A stretch of 64,000 nucleotides of DNA from Syncephalis fuscata S228 (GCA_025786725.1 JAHLTZ010000011.1:372001-436000); one strand, 5' to 3'; shown: positions 25,930 through 40,964, counted from the first letter of the stretch. Made by a program: numbers and translations. Notes: generated by a model not told the origin, from the letters alone.

Positions 25930-26813
25930 GTTGATAATAACACTGTTGCTAAAGATTCTGGTATGTTCAGTTGAAAGTAGGATGCTTGATGCTTAGAACT
26001 TCAGTTTACATATTTTAGTATCCTATTTATACTTTAAACCAGCAGTGTACTACATACATCAAATACGGCTAATCACTGTATCAGTAGTTGTTGCAACAGA
26101 CCAAACATAGTTTGCCTTGTCTCTCGGCTAAAGACAAAATAGTCTAATTATAGTTTTTATTACCAATAAAACATAATGGTTAGCTATACACTATGGCTAT
26201 TCACATAATAATACTAATTGGTTGGCTAATTGGATGGCTAATTGGCGCATTGGCTTTGTAGTTGTATTTTTAGCAGCAACCATTGTTTGTAGACTGATAG
26301 TTGCAATAATCTAATTGCCATAACAAAGTAAAACAATTTTATAGTAAGCAATGCAAAATAAATCTATAATAAACAAAGAATGTAACTCTACAGTAGACAA
26401 AGCAATGTAACAATTATTGCCGTTGTATATCTAAACTATTATTAGATTGTATATATTGCAATATATAGGCCAGGCCAGTGGCTAAATAGCAATGGTCATT
26501 ATGCTAGATAAAAAACATTATTATAAAATCTGTGTACCATAGCTATTCAAATACAAAGACGAAACACCAACATAATGACAATATAATTGTTTATAGTGTT
26601 GATTGTTGTATGGTGTAACCATCAGGTATACAACAGAGTAACAATTGACCAATCAACCAATTACCACACCTGGAGTATTTTTATATTTTTTATCATTCCA
26701 AAACAAGCATGCTTATTCTATACGAAATTATTGTTTGTTAATTATAACCAAAAAGACATTTTGATATTCAGACAGCCGTATTCGCACTAACAAAGAAAAA
26801 GGATTCTTTAACG

Positions 26814-29273
26814 ATGAATGAGATTGCCAAAGAAAAAGAGGCTAGCGAGAAAACATTCCGTTTGCTTAAACTGAATCGCGAGTATCAGGCTAGACTGCAA
26901 CAACAAATAGAAACAATACGCCTTCAGCGTGCAGAACTTGAAAGAAAAAAGGTTTAGTAGTTGAAAGGTGTAAATTTAAACAAAATATTAAGCTTTGTTC
27001 TATAGCAAACTATTGTTTGCGCGTATAATGACAGGCGTAATGCTTTACAAGAAGAAGCTATTCAATTCAATATAAACGTCAAAGCTCCACGAACCAACAC
27101 TTCTGGACTACCTAGTGAACTCTATGGACATGTAAGCATAGTAATGATTAAAATGGCGCCTATTTACAATATATATATTGTTTATCGTATAGATTAACAG
27201 CTTTGGTAGACCAAAAAAGTTAGATTTTTACAATCAAGGACCAGTAATTCGACGATCACGTAAATGTAAATAAATATCAAATATCTGTGAATATCAGCTT
27301 ATATTTATTAAATTAAATAGGGTCAGATCATGAACGGCAGCTTTTAGCCATGGCAATTCGTCAACAAAATCATGAATTTATTGCCACAACGAGAATGCTA
27401 GAGTAAGTTGATGGAGTTATGTAAATTTATCATGATTGTTATTTATAAAACGATGTTCAGGGGAAAGTCTCCAGGACTAGCCGGATTTTCGTTATCTGAC
27501 AATGAAGTGGAACGAGAACATCGATTTCTATCGCGTATCAATTGGAAGCGAGTAGCAGTAGGATTTGTAAGTATAAGCATTCAGTAGAAGCTCAAAATCT
27601 TATAAAACATTTAGCTGCCAAATCGAACGCCAGTTGAATGTATGATACGCTGGGTGGCCCATGACCATCCACTTATTAATAAACATCCATGGTCGGTTGA
27701 AGAGGATGCTATGTTGCGTAATATTGCTAAAAAGCATAAGGAACGTAACTGGGAAGCTATTGCTTTAGAATTAAAGGTGGGTAAATAGTAAAAGCATTAT
27801 ATTTAATATTTAGTTTGCATATTAGACAAATCGAACTAGTTGGCAATGTTTTAAACAGCATCGTAGTCATTTATGGGAGGAACAAGGTCGACGGTAAATA
27901 ATTAAATAGCGACACAAAGTATAAGAATATTAATAATAAACCATAGAAAATGGACACCAGCTGAAGATGCCATTCTTTCACAGGCAGTTGCTATGTGTGG
28001 CGAACGCAATTGGCAACAAGGCAAGCTAGATGACTTGTTAACATTTTATTGCTAACTCAATATTAGTGGCCACCTGTTTTGATAATCGTACGGGACAACA
28101 ATGCTTACATCGTTGGACAAAAACGCTTAAACCTGGCATGCGTAAAGGTCGATGGAATGCGGAAGAGGATGAGGTATGAATCAGCTAATGATATGTATAC
28201 TGTGACACGTATTTATCTGAATAATAGGCATTGAAAAACGCCGTGGCACTTCATGGATCAAACAACTGGGTCAAGGTGGCAGCACACGTAATGGAACGAT
28301 CGGATGTTCAGTGTCGAGAGCGCTGGACCAATGTATTGAACCCTGATATTGCTCGTGGAGAATGGAGTGCTGAGGTAAGCTATATATATATTCGTGTATT
28401 AAAGAATATCAAATTAAATAATATATTTATTATTATTAAATGGACGAGTAGGAAGATAAAGCACTATTACAATCTGTGGCTGTGCACGGTGCACACTCAT
28501 GGGCTACTGTAGCACGAGAAATGGGGCTGCGGCGTACTGATAATCATGTAAGTAGCAAGTAATAGATACAACTTATTCGGGTGTTGTTAACAATAACATT
28601 TAGTGTTGGCGTCGTTACAAGCAACTGAAAGCGGCTGGCCTAGTGCCACAATCTATTCTGGATAGTGATCGGTCCTATCAACGTCGAGGATCGGAAGCAA
28701 CACCGAATACAGTGTCATCACCAAGCATTGTTGTTCACTCACCTTCGACTCCTACTACTATCCCGCATAAACGGAAGGCTGATGTCATACCAACACCACG
28801 ACAAACCAAAATACAACGACAACCGTTATTGCCGGAATGTATACGTATGGCGAATAAGCTTGTAGTGTCACCTATATGGGTGCCGGCACTAGGAGTGAAC
28901 TGTCCCCAACCATGGACTGGTACCGATCCAGTATGCAAACCAAAGAGCCAAGAAGTCGATGGCCTACCACAAATAGCGACAGTTTCACGAATACCCGAGA
29001 TGATTGATAAAGATGCACGATATCTAAAAGGCTGGATTACACACACCAAGCGGGTAAGTTATTACTACCACACAAACGAACACCGTACTAAATGTTTATA
29101 AAACCTAGAATTTGTTACAGCTAAATGGCCGACAGGAAGGTAAAGAACGTATTATGGCAACTATGCCACCATCAGAGGCAGTGGGTATGTCACTTGCTCG
29201 TACACTTGAGTGTACCAATACAGTACCAGGTAAGTGTATTTTCATTAATGAAATAAGTATTGTATTAATATAC

Positions 29274-29308
<35 letters not shown>

Positions 29309-29473
29309 ATGGTAGACGTCTCACATGCAATGAATGAAGCATTGGCCACAACTGATCCAGTCTTAGCTGCAAGAATGGAGGCATCACCGGGTCTTCGTCG
29401 ATTATCGAAACAACTTAAGGCGCTCTACACTTGGCCTATGCTTTTGGGCCAACTCGATATTAAGATGCAATAA
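26814..29473 (+). CDS. SNAPC4: Myb-repeat protein, SNAPc subunit 4 (SNAP190)-like, multi-exon
   Basis: N-terminal [11 protein letters not shown]. At least 4 Myb repeats: [27 protein letters not shown]...NWQQVA...[44 protein letters not shown]. Start codon is approximate. Confidence 0.85.
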
Positions 29474-29654
29474 TTCAGAGTAAATAAATAAAAAGTACTA
29501 TAATGCATCTATAAAAAGGCCTGATGACGTATGCCATATTGGTAGTAGTAATAATCACTTGTTTTCTGTTTCTATACGTGTTATTTAATATTTGGATACA
29601 CTCAAGTGTGGGCGCTAGTTATTGTCTATTACCATACAAATATTTAAATAACCC

Positions 29655-31020
29655 ATGAAATTAAGAGAATTGATCATGGATAGCAGTGAATACACGTCAA
29701 TTTCCACTGAGCTATTATGGCTAGCGTGTAATTTTACATTTGATATAGCCTATTTTCTACTTAAAATATCTACTTGTTCTTTACTTGTTTGTTCGTTTCT
29801 ATTTCAAATTAGAAAGATTATTCAGTTGAAGAGTAGCGCCGGCATCAGTGTATGGTTTCTATTTATTAGTGTTATAGGCAGTTGGTCCAATGCTGTTAAT
29901 GTAGTTATTCTACAGTGGCCCACTATCCAGTGTTGTTCCAAAGTAGTGAGTTACTAATGACATCAAGTAGCATGACCCGATTAAGACTATTAAGTAATAG
30001 CTAATAGCTAATAACTATTCTAGGCTATGCTTATTTGTATTGATCAAGCATTTCCTATTGCTCAATTAATAACATCAGCACTAGGCCTAGTAACAATGTA
30101 TCCTTTAGTCTAACAAATACAATTAGAACTATTATAATCTTAACTCTAAATAGATTTTGCATTTGTGTTTATTATTTTCCAAAAGACAAACGATATATCA
30201 ATCGTATTGCTTTACCATTAGAAGATGAAAATAGCACAGAAGAATATCAAACTAATGACAGCCTACTAATTGAAAACACGCCAAATAATGAGAATTGTCA
30301 AATGACACCCGAGCAAATTGAATTGCCCAAAATAATGATCCAAGAATGGGCAACTGCCCAATTACTCACTAGACTTGTACTGGGCTGGATGCTGTTCACC
30401 GTAATGGCCAGTCTAATAATGACTATGACGATAGATGGCACAACTTTTATCTACGTATATCGATGGGCCCAATTACTCGGTGTCATCAATCTATCTACTA
30501 TAATCATGCAATTCATACCTCAACTATGGACTACGTGGCGTTGTAAGGTTAGAACTAAATACTTTTAGAGTCATTTTATCATTCTATTATACTAATAATA
30601 ACCATAATATTAACCACAAACATGTATTATAGGAGATTGGTGCACTTAGTATGGGATTTCTATCCTTTCAGTTAATGGGTAACCAATAATGTAATACTAA
30701 TCAATAACACCATTACTAATGCTATACTAGTTGGTATTCCATTCACCTATGTACTTATACGACAAGATGGTGCTGACTGGTCAACGTGGACACCGTCATT
30801 TATTCTAACATTCTTTCAAATTATTCTATTCAGTTTATGTCTATTCTATTACATTAATAATAGCCGTCCTGGATCAATAGTATTGCCAGATGAGAGCACA
30901 GCCAATTCAAGTGTTTATCTACCGCATTTATCATCCACTAGTGACAGTCTATCCATTTATGAAGATAATACTTATTTTAGTGGCAATACTGCCCGTCAAG
31001 AACTCTTTTCAAATCAATAA
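29655..31020 (+). CDS. PQ-loop repeat membrane protein
   Basis: Two PQ-loop-type repeats (FQIRKIIQLKSSAGISVWFL; QFIPQLWTTWRCK|EIGALSM) and multiple transmembrane segments. Confidence 0.8.
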
Positions 31021-31193
31021 ATTAATAAACCATTTGTTACATTGTTAATTAAATGCATTTATATTCAAACATTAGAATCTCACTTTATTCTAGTATAAGC
31101 AAACAGACAGACAGACAAACAAACACATGAAAAATAAAGGCATTGCTATTGACAATCAACAGCATAATCGAATATCTAAACTATAGATGCTAG

Positions 31194-32658
31194 TTAATTA
31201 TTATTATTATTATTACCAGTTACTTGTTGTTTAGTAAATGACATAGTAGTAGTAGTAGTGGTAGTAGTAGTGGTAGTATTGACAGTGTTGGTATTGGTCG
31301 AGTCTTCTATAGCCAATTCATTCATCATTACGGCCAATGCTTGTTCCTCGGGTGTATTAACTCGGGCAATATATGGATCAGATGCCACTATAGGTGGTCC
31401 TAGCGCAGTAAGTAGAGCCGTATCCGGTTCAGTCTTGTTTAGCCTAGGTGATGCATCTCGACTAGTACTACTTCCTCCATACATATATTCATCTGGATCA
31501 TAGTAATGCGCCTGGCTATGAGAGTCATAACTGAAACTATGTTCTCCTTCAGAATCAGCGTAGAATTGCTGTGAATGCTGCATGAATTGCTCGTCATCCT
31601 CTTCTTGCTCCATTGTATCAAACATATCTATAGATTGGTTATTTAAAGTAGGCAATTATAGATGCGCGTTCAATTAGCTAATTACCATGGTATGAACTTG
31701 AATTGGCTTCCAATTCCATAATATCAATATCATCATCAATTTCATACATATTGATATTGTCACTGACTGACTCGGTACGGGTTAACATATCAACCGGTCC
31801 ACCATAGACACTACGAACTCTTGTACCCATATCTCTTAATACATCAACTACACCATTGCCATTGCCTGATGGATCCTCCCATACATTTGGCTTCATCATT
31901 CGAACAAGTCCACCCACAGCATGGATAATATCCGGCCATGAAAGCTGTCGTTCATAGGCAGATCGTAGTGCATGTAGGGTAGAGTAGTGAACACGGTCAT
32001 CTCCATTCAATGCATAATGGAGTGCATCGAGTTGTCGTCTAGATACACCTAGTAAATTGTATACATTTGCATATTAGATGAAATGCACACTGTACTATGA
32101 CTAATAGTGTAGTAACTTACCCAAGTCAGCAATGATACCCGCTTCGAGTACCACACGCCAAACACGGAATCGACAAGCATCACTCACTCGCGTGGTATTG
32201 CCAAGATATCGATCCATATCACGTTCAACCTCGGCGTGTCCCACCTCGTTGGCATCAAGACGTAGTGTTTGCAGGAATCCTGGCCAATGGGCGGCTTCTT
32301 TCGGCCCACCCACGACAAATGCCGCGTTGATACGCTTTAGTGTAGGATATGCTTCACAGACACGATCCACCATGGCGTGGTAGGCCGGCTGGCTGCGACA
32401 CAGCTCGCCTATACGCTGGATAGTCGCACCAAGAGCGGGTGGTGTTGTAGGCAGGCCACCTACATCCGTGCCGGCACAGTAGGCCCGTAGCAACTGAGCC
32501 ACATGTACCTGTGACGAAGCAGGTCCCGCGGTAGGCGTGCTAGGCGTGCTAGGCGTAACAGGTGGCGTCACTGTCGCGGCAGTCAAGTCATCTAGATGAG
32601 CCAACAAGTTGTATAGCTCTTCGACGTTAACCGCTCCAGTTGACCGACTAGTCTCCAT
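31194..32658 (-). CDS. Hypothetical protein (one intron ~32120-32050; indel near 31670)
   Basis: Three consecutive minus-strand ORFs with coding-like composition, linked by a splice junction and a frameshift. No family recognised. Confidence 0.6.
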
Positions 32659-33154
32659 CTGGAATCGAAGTGGACACGTTTGAGCTATACTAAAGTGGAA
32701 TAGAGAGAATAGTCCAGATATAAGCACTGTAAAGCTAAATAGCAACTGTTATAGAATAGGAGAGTAGTAGAAGTAGAATAGAAGGAAGTAAGAGGAGTAT
32801 GAGGAATAGGAGATATAGTATGAACGATGAACAATAAAGTAAGACTGGTGATAGTGACCGTAGTTTAATCAATAGTATTAATGGTGTTGTTAATACAAAA
32901 TGTGTTAATTGTGCTAATAGTTAATAGTTTACAACTATTATGATTATTATGATTATTAAAGTGTGTAAATGATATCACCACATATGTGTTCGCGGTGTAT
33001 TTGTTTCTTTTATTCTCTTTTCTCTCTTTTTGATCGTCCAACGCGTGTTGTTGTGACATCAGGTAGAGTACACAGTATTTATAGTTATCTACGAGTACTG
33101 ATCTGTATTGTTACGGGTCTTGTTACTTGGATCGATTCTAGTCTTGAGACGACA

Positions 33155-34632
33155 ATGAATAGCATGAATCAACCTAAAGATTTTGAGGTAAGTATTTGTT
33201 GAATCTAGTTGAATCAACGCGTATTAACCCGACTAATACACACTAACCGTTGGTAATCTATGGTATAGGTTGCGCAACCACCTACAGATAGTATATCTGA
33301 TTTGGCATTCAGTCCAACGGCCGATCTATTAAGCGTTACATCGTGGGACAATCAAGTAGGTTAATTGTTATGCTACTCTATGTAGTATCGTTTTGATAAC
33401 GCTATCCTGGTGAATAGGTGCGTATCTATGAGGTACAACCCAATGGATCGACTGTAGGCAAAGCAATGTATGCTCATGAAGGACCGGTACTGTGTTGTTC
33501 ATGGTCAAAGGTAAATAGCCATAACAATGTAACGATTAAATAACAATTAATGACTAATAATGACTATTTATATAGGATGGATCTAAATTGGCATCTGGTG
33601 GTGGTGATAAGGCAGGGCGTCTATATGATGTGCAGACAGGTCAATCACAACAAATTGCTCAACATGATGCACCCATTAGAAGTATGAAATGGGTTGATAC
33701 AGCTGGTCAGCCTATTCTAGCCACAGGTGGATGGGATAAGATGTTAAAGGTAAGTCAATTATATATAATGTATATATGTATATAATATATATAATGTATA
33801 TATATAATATAATAATATAATTAGTATTGGGATTGTCGACAATCTAATCCAGTGGCATCGGTACAATTACCAGAAAGATGTTACAGTATGGATGCTCTTT
33901 TCCCATTGTTAGTAGTAGGCTGTGCGGATCGACATATTCAAATCTTTAATCTTAACTCACCTACAGCACCATTTAAGGTAAGCTAAATGATATGAATAAG
34001 TAATTACATAAATATTAATCTATCATTATTTGATATAGACTTTACAATCACCGTTGAAATGGCAGACACGATGTGTTTCTTGCTTCCCTACCGGTAATGG
34101 ATTTGCAGTGGGTAGTATCGAGGGAAGAGTGGCCATTCAATATGTAGAAGAGAAAGACGCAATGTAAGTATACATTTGTAATTAGTAACAATATTCATTA
34201 ATAGTATACTAATATGCTGATTAGAAATAACTTTTCGTTTAAATGTCATCGCGATAATAGTCAAGTCTATTCCGTCAATGCCATCAGCTTCCATCCTATT
34301 CATGGCACTTTCTCTACAGCCGGTTCTGATGGCACTTTCAACTTTTGGGATAAAGATTCAAAACAACGACTAAAGATGTTCAACAGTGTTGGTGCACCTA
34401 TTCCATGTACTACATTCAATAGAAATGGCACTATCTTTGCTTATGCCGCCAGCTATGACTGGTCCAAGGTAATATGCACATCATTGACCATCATGGTTAT
34501 TACTTATACTAATACAATATCTATTAATGATAATAGGGACATCAACATGTACCAGCCAATGGTAAACATCAAATATTCCTACATGCTGTTAAAGATGAAG
34601 ATGTGAAGCCACGTGTGCCCAAGAAACGCTAG
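33155..34632 (+). CDS. RAE1: mRNA export factor RAE1/Gle2 (WD40)
   Basis: [91 protein letters not shown]. Confidence 0.97.
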
Positions 34633-35124
34633 GAGACATATAGTCTTTACTATATGACATCATTGTATGTGGATACGTGTGCGTGTGCATATTATATGGA
34701 TTTGCGATCATGACATCATCGGTCTTTGCCACATACAATATTTTCCTTTTTCATTTAATTCTCATTCACTCTACTTACAACCCACTACTTCTACTACTAT
34801 TTCTGCTATTACTATTGCTATTCAAATAACAATTGTGTGTGTGTGTGTATATGTATATGCGTGTATGTGTATAAATGTGTGTATAAATGAGTGGGCGTGT
34901 GACTTGACAACCATTATTACCACACCAGCACACTACACCATATTACGCTCATCACACCACCATCACCACCAAATCATCACCATGAATTATTAAAGAACAT
35001 TTGTGAGACAGGTTTTACTCTGACAACACCATAAATGACTTATCAGTACATCTGTGTGTCATCGTTTATTCGTGTTTCTTTATCTTAATAACAACATACC
35101 AATTAATAATAGTTTACAATTATA

Positions 35125-36925
35125 ATGACAGACATTATTATTGACAATAACCATGTCAATCATCATAACAATAAGCAGAACGATGTTAATGGACAGTCTA
35201 GGCAATCGTCCACCCCTTTTCCTCTAACCGACGACGATAGAAAAGTATTCTGTGCCACTACTAATGTTGTTACTGCAACATCATCCACGGTTGGACCATC
35301 AACACTAGCATCACACGTGCATAACAATGGGAATACAACGATGTTCACATCAGCCAATCCTTGCTTCTCCTCCTCCTCCTACTCTTCTCCCTTGTGGGCT
35401 GCATCATTGATGTTAAAAGAAGAGGAGGATAGGGTAAAGGCAGGTCGGAAAATGATGGCATGGCGTAAACGTCGTCATACTTCACTGCAAACCCCACTGT
35501 CTATTAGCTCTCTTTCTATTACACCAGCCATTATCAATACCAATACTGCCACTATTAATACCACTAGGGTGAGCAGTGTCCCGCCAATAGCACCCTACCC
35601 ACCACTACTGCTAGTAACGTTTCATCGTCACCATCACTTGTTAAAACAACTTGTTCAGTCCTACCGATACGAAGTAGGCTGGAGTCAATGCCTCAGATGG
35701 ACATTCTCAATCGTGTGACTGCTACGGCGTCGCCGTCACCATCGTTGTCGTCCACACATACTATGGCAACCATGCCCGACAACTTATTAACCGGGGCTTT
35801 ATACTTTTTTGATGGTACAAGTCCATGTTTTGTCGCGGTAACTAATAATAGTAGCAGATTGTCGTTTAATACTATTTTATTTATTATTTATTATTTATAA
35901 TTATTATCTATTTATTAGGTGCCACAATTATGCAGTCATCCTTGTTCGGCAGCTGGTGATATTGTTCATGGTATTGAACGATGGCTTGGCGATATGGCCT
36001 TGCCTGTAAGACCCGCACTATCTTCACCCTCTTCACTGGCCTCTAGTGCTATTGTTTCGCAATCACCTAACTCTCATTTGTTGTTAAAGACGCCTAAATC
36101 GCCTAGAATAGCACCACAGGCGACCATTGCGGCTCCATCTCCTCGTTGGTTGCCTTCACCACTATGTTCGTCAAAGGAAGATCTGTATCCATGGCATGAC
36201 ATTAATTACGTTGAGAGTAATAGCGACGATACTAGTAATACCAATAGTGGTAAAGAGGCATTAGAAAATACATCTTGGCATGCCTATGAACCGAATCGAG
36301 CATTGCTATGGACTGCCAAGACCGGAATATTTCTCAAGGGAGATGAAGAAAAAGAAGAGTTTAAAGAACCATTGGTTGATAGTTATTGGCCTACCATCGA
36401 TGTGGATACATTTAGTAGTGAGAATGATGAAGGGGATGAAGATGATGAGGACGAACACGTGCCTTTACCAAGAAGATCGCGTTTACTAACCGAACAGATT
36501 TCTATACTTGAAGGAGAACTACAAGATTGTATTAGACAACAAGGTAAGTCTATAAGGATATAGTAGACAATGATAGCTATTGCACAATATCTAATAAATG
36601 TTTATTAGCTGCAGTTCAATCAGGAGGATTGATAGGTGTGAGTGTGGATCTGCACATCCAGCCTAGTGAACAATTAGATAAAGATAGTAACTGTGCCGTA
36701 GAAGCATTAAAACACGAGGTAAGTAAATAGTGCATGATTGTAATAAGCTGTTTAAACTAACTATTTAATTATTTATTTATTTATTTTGTTTAGTATTCTT
36801 TTGTTTGTCAATCTAAAGTTCGTGTATGGCCGGCATTGCTATTACGGGTTTCTGAGGAGAGGACAGAGGCAGATTTGACACCACCTTCATGCATATGTGC
36901 TGTACATATAGAGCGTAATAAATGA
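35125..36925 (+). CDS. Hypothetical Ser/Pro-rich protein, multi-exon
   Basis: Consecutive ORFs joined by GT-AG introns (e.g. ~35815-35918, 36544-36608, 36719-36794) and one probable indel. No family recognised. Confidence 0.6.
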
Positions 36926-37394
36926 ATATTAAATAGATATTATTTATGGCTCATTGTCTGGATATTAATATGCTAATAAGCAGAAAATAAATACAAGTAT
37001 ATAATTAGTAAATACTTGCTAGTTGTGATTATATGAACAGCTGAATAATGTCTAGTTACAAGCATATGGACAGTCACATGATTTAATATGTATTAATGTT
37101 TTAAATGAATATTAGATTTTGGTTAAAATAAGCTATTTAATGAAATATATAATCGTAAACAATAAAAGTAAAGTATGCATTAATTTCGAATAATGATGCA
37201 ACGATCGTAAACTTAACAAAACCATAGAGTTATGAAATAATACTGTATAACAAATTATGTATACAAGTAAGACAACAATCGATATTGATCAACAATACCG
37301 ATGGTAATTGATTTACTTTCATCATCGTGGCAGAGTTGATGCATATTTATGCAACTTATTAGCCGCTATAAAATGTGTTGAAACTATTCCAGTA

Positions 37395-38035
37395 TTACAT
37401 GCCACAAGATAAGAAACTGGTTGACCAGTCTTCTGGGTGATATGGTAATGCCACTACATCCATACGTAGTTTTATCTTTACTGGTAGTGGTGCGCGTCGG
37501 GTACCACATACATTTGCAAATCGACGTGCAACATCGTCATGTGCTACGGTGCCATTGTAAGCAAGCCAAAGGGGCATTTTGTAAAAATTGTCTTTGCGTT
37601 TATGCAGCCAAGTATTATAAATAATACCACCACCCATATGCTTGTCACTGACCGCATCGTAGACCTAGTGAAATAAGTTAAATTAATTTGCTGAAATGTT
37701 CAAAATAAAAAGCTTACCTCAGCCTTTATTTCATTAAGTTCCCAATTAATAAAGTTTGGATTTTTTATCACCACATGGGCCATATAAAGGCCGTTGACGC
37801 TAAGTGGCGAGGAGCGTACCGGGTATAGAGGTTCTACATCGTTGACGAGCAGGTATGGTCGGCGAGGAATCAAGAAGAAAAGTAGCAAGAATATACCTGC
37901 GACCATAAAAAATGTAAGTAGGCAACAGGCTAGTACGGTGCAGCACCCACAGCGACGTCTGTGAAAAGGTATTCCGCGTTGATCATTAGTAAATGGATGC
38001 TGAGCAGCAGGTGCAGCAGGCGCAGCTTCAGCCAT
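37395..38035 (-). CDS. Single-pass LEA_2/NDR1-HIN1-like membrane protein (one intron)
   Basis: RRRCGCC followed by a TM helix ending LIPRRP; beta-rich ectodomain with IKNPNF and a conserved Cys. Confidence 0.75.
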
Positions 38036-38913
38036 AATGTTGAAAAAGGTTTAATAGCTAATGATGGGTTTTGAGTGTCGAGTATTTATGATGTAGTACA
38101 AATTGCCAAAAAAGTGACAATGTAATAATAAAAGTAATAATTAATTATCAGTAAAACACAAAGTGTATTTCTTATTTGTGATGTTGATAAAAAAAGTAGT
38201 AGTTAATTATTGGGTTTAAAATTAAAGTATGGATAACGGAAATTATTGAAATAAAGTAATTATCGGAATTAGTACGCGCCAGCGCGAGGATTGTTTACGA
38301 ATGTTGGTGAAGGAATACAGCAAATAAAGGTTAGTTGCTTTGCGTATAAATAGGCTACATCTGATATGAACGACTCGAGCAAAAGCCATGCCTTTCAATA
38401 GTCTCATTTACTAAAGGCATGGCAGACGCGCAACTGCAAATGGCTTATCTATATGCATAGTCTGTGACTATAATTGTTAATTTGCTCGGTTACGGTTACT
38501 AGAATGTTTTATACAACCTTGGCATGATGTCGAATTACATTATCACAATAAATGTGCTCTATCATATATTTTCTTGATCAAACTAATCAGAACTTGTAGA
38601 ATGCTATTTTATTTTTACATTTATATTACAAAGTTGCTGCTGAAGTGTAATCTTAACTTTGGTGTGAAAAGTGCAAATCGTTACAATACAAATAATAATT
38701 TTTGAAACCAAACCAACTAAATCGTCAATAATGCATGTTTTAGTACATGTTTTCAGTGAAACAAAATACAAATCAGCGTTTTGAATGATACATTCTATTT
38801 TATTTAAATTCAAATAAATGGTTCTATTATTTTTGTCGTTATATTAACATAGTATATCTCTACTTCTTTAACACCATTATATCTATTTCAATTTATTTTA
38901 GGCTAATATCAGT

Positions 38914-40383
38914 ATGTCCGCAATTTGCAGTCTGTATATCGTCTATTACACTTACATGGACACACCCATAAGCTAGCCGAGGCACAAAAACGCGGCGCAC
39001 GATCAGTGCCTGGTGTACACGTGTCGTTATACCAAGTCCCTGATATACTGTCGTCGAACGGTACGCGCTAATCTACTTGGATACATTTGTACTAATCATT
39101 TAATTTAAATAGCCTTACCATCGCAATCTAATCAACGAGAACCAAGCCATATACCGGCCATCGAGCCGCATCAATTAGCGGAAGCAGACGGATTTCTTTT
39201 TGGTTTTCCGTAAGTAAAATTGAATTGATTACTTAGAAGCTAATTTCTACTATAGAGTATACTATGGCAATGCTCCAGCCGCATTCCAAAATCTATGGGA
39301 TAATACAACCTCTCTATGGACAAAGTAAATTCATTTGTACCTACTATATTTGCAACTAATTATTGAACCATTTTAGTAAAGCGTTAATGGGAAAGTTGGC
39401 TAGCACATTCTTTTCTGCTTCAAGTTTTAACAGTGGCCAAGAGACAACGACACTATCATTTATGACAACTCTGGCAAATCACGGCATGATCTATGTGCCA
39501 CTTGGTAAGCAATTAGTTTAGTAGAATAGAAGTATTTATTGATTGCCAATTATTATCTAGGAAATAGTGCTATGGATTTATTAGCATCATCAGGACAACC
39601 ACATGGTTGTAGTGCTTTTGGTGCCGGTACATTGGCTGGCCATGACAATCGGCAAATGCCTAGTCCACAAGAGCTGCAAGTAGCTGAATATCAAGGCCGT
39701 TTATTTGCCCAAACCTTATTGGATCTGACACGAGCCCGTCGACAGTCACGCTCTATTCCAGATACAATTGATTCAATTAATCCCTATTCTTTCTGCGAAC
39801 TACCGGGCGTTGCAATGGCCACCACTAATACGGCAGCAGTTGCTGCAACATCGGCAGCAGTAATAGCAATGCAAGATAAACAGTTGGTAAGTTTGAACTA
39901 GTGCACACTTTCTATTTAACAAATACCAACTCAATCATTATTGTTACATTTTACATCATTTAAAATAACAATTATTTCCGGTGTTCTTTTTAGCAAGCTA
40001 GTGGCATCAGTGCCGCCGGAAAACGCGTCTCATCTATCCCATCGTCCGATAGGTCTCATGCGCCGTCTGTCGAACCGTACAATACAAGTGTGGCGTCGGT
40101 CGTTCCTACTGCCCATGTCGAACCGGTCAATAACGACACGTCCCTCAGTGACTCAACATACGAATCCAAAGCTGCAAAGATCATCAACAACTCGCCAACC
40201 CGACACTCCCACCCTGCTACCTCTACACCGCACACACCACCGGTCACACTCAATCGCCCAAGTGAACCAACTACAGCCGAAGTCACCCATCAAAACCAAG
40301 CTAACCGCACGCCCATCGCCCGGTATTACAGAAAGATTATCACTCGGGCCCGACGCATCTTCTGCTGTCAATCAAGATCTTAA
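38914..40383 (+). CDS. Flavodoxin-like NAD(P)H:quinone oxidoreductase (WrbA/Pst2 family) with C-terminal extension
   Basis: LYIVYYT(L)HGHTHKLAEA, LAEADGFLFGFP, SGQETTTLSFMTTLANHGMIYVPLG, HGCSAFGAGTLAG..RQMPSPQELQVAEYQG. Confidence 0.9.
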
Positions 40384-40528
40384 TTCCAGTGCCGAGCGTA
40401 TAGATAGTCTATCAATAGATTAGCTATACTATAGTATAATTTGTCCATTTATTCTATGCGTTTTTATATCTATTCATCAAATTAAATATAATTTTAATTG
40501 CAACAAAACGCAAATATAATGTTTTCAT

Positions 40529-40925
40529 TTAATTACATTGAAATTCACAAGACTGGCCATTGTTATTGTTGTTGTTAGTCATGTGTAGAAAGAGTGATAG
40601 AACATTAATAGAAGTCATTAATTGCAATTACATGTTATTTCACATTTGTTGTTACTGCATACAATGTGGTTTCTTGCGTCTAAATGATCTCTTTTATTTT
40701 CCAATTTTCTACTGTTGCATTTTGGGCATATTTGCAATGTAAGATACTCATCTATGGTGACAAAAAGGTAGGACGACTAGCGTTTCTAATGTTCACCATT
40801 GTCTTAAGCATTCTTGGTATCAACTTGGTAGGTGCAGATTATTTGCCAATCATTGATGAAGCAAATCGGCCTCACCATATGCAATAATGATAGCTTGAGT
40901 GTTTTCACCAGGAAGACCTTGTGGT
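40529..40925 (-). mobile_element. Decayed Fanzor/TnpB C-terminal fragment (copy C)
   Basis: With frameshifts and stops reads IIIAYGEA(R)FASSMIGK*SAPTKLIPRMLK...FVTIDEYLTLQICPKCNSR...IVCSNNKCEITCNCN*MTSINV. Closely similar to copy A. Confidence 0.8.
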
Positions 40926-40964
40926 GACAGTTGTAACTAGAATATACGACATGCCGTTGAGGTT

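Noticed and set aside
40560-40887. Plus-strand hydrophobic ORFs (60 and 67 aa)
   Set aside because: Antisense to the Fanzor relic on the minus strand.
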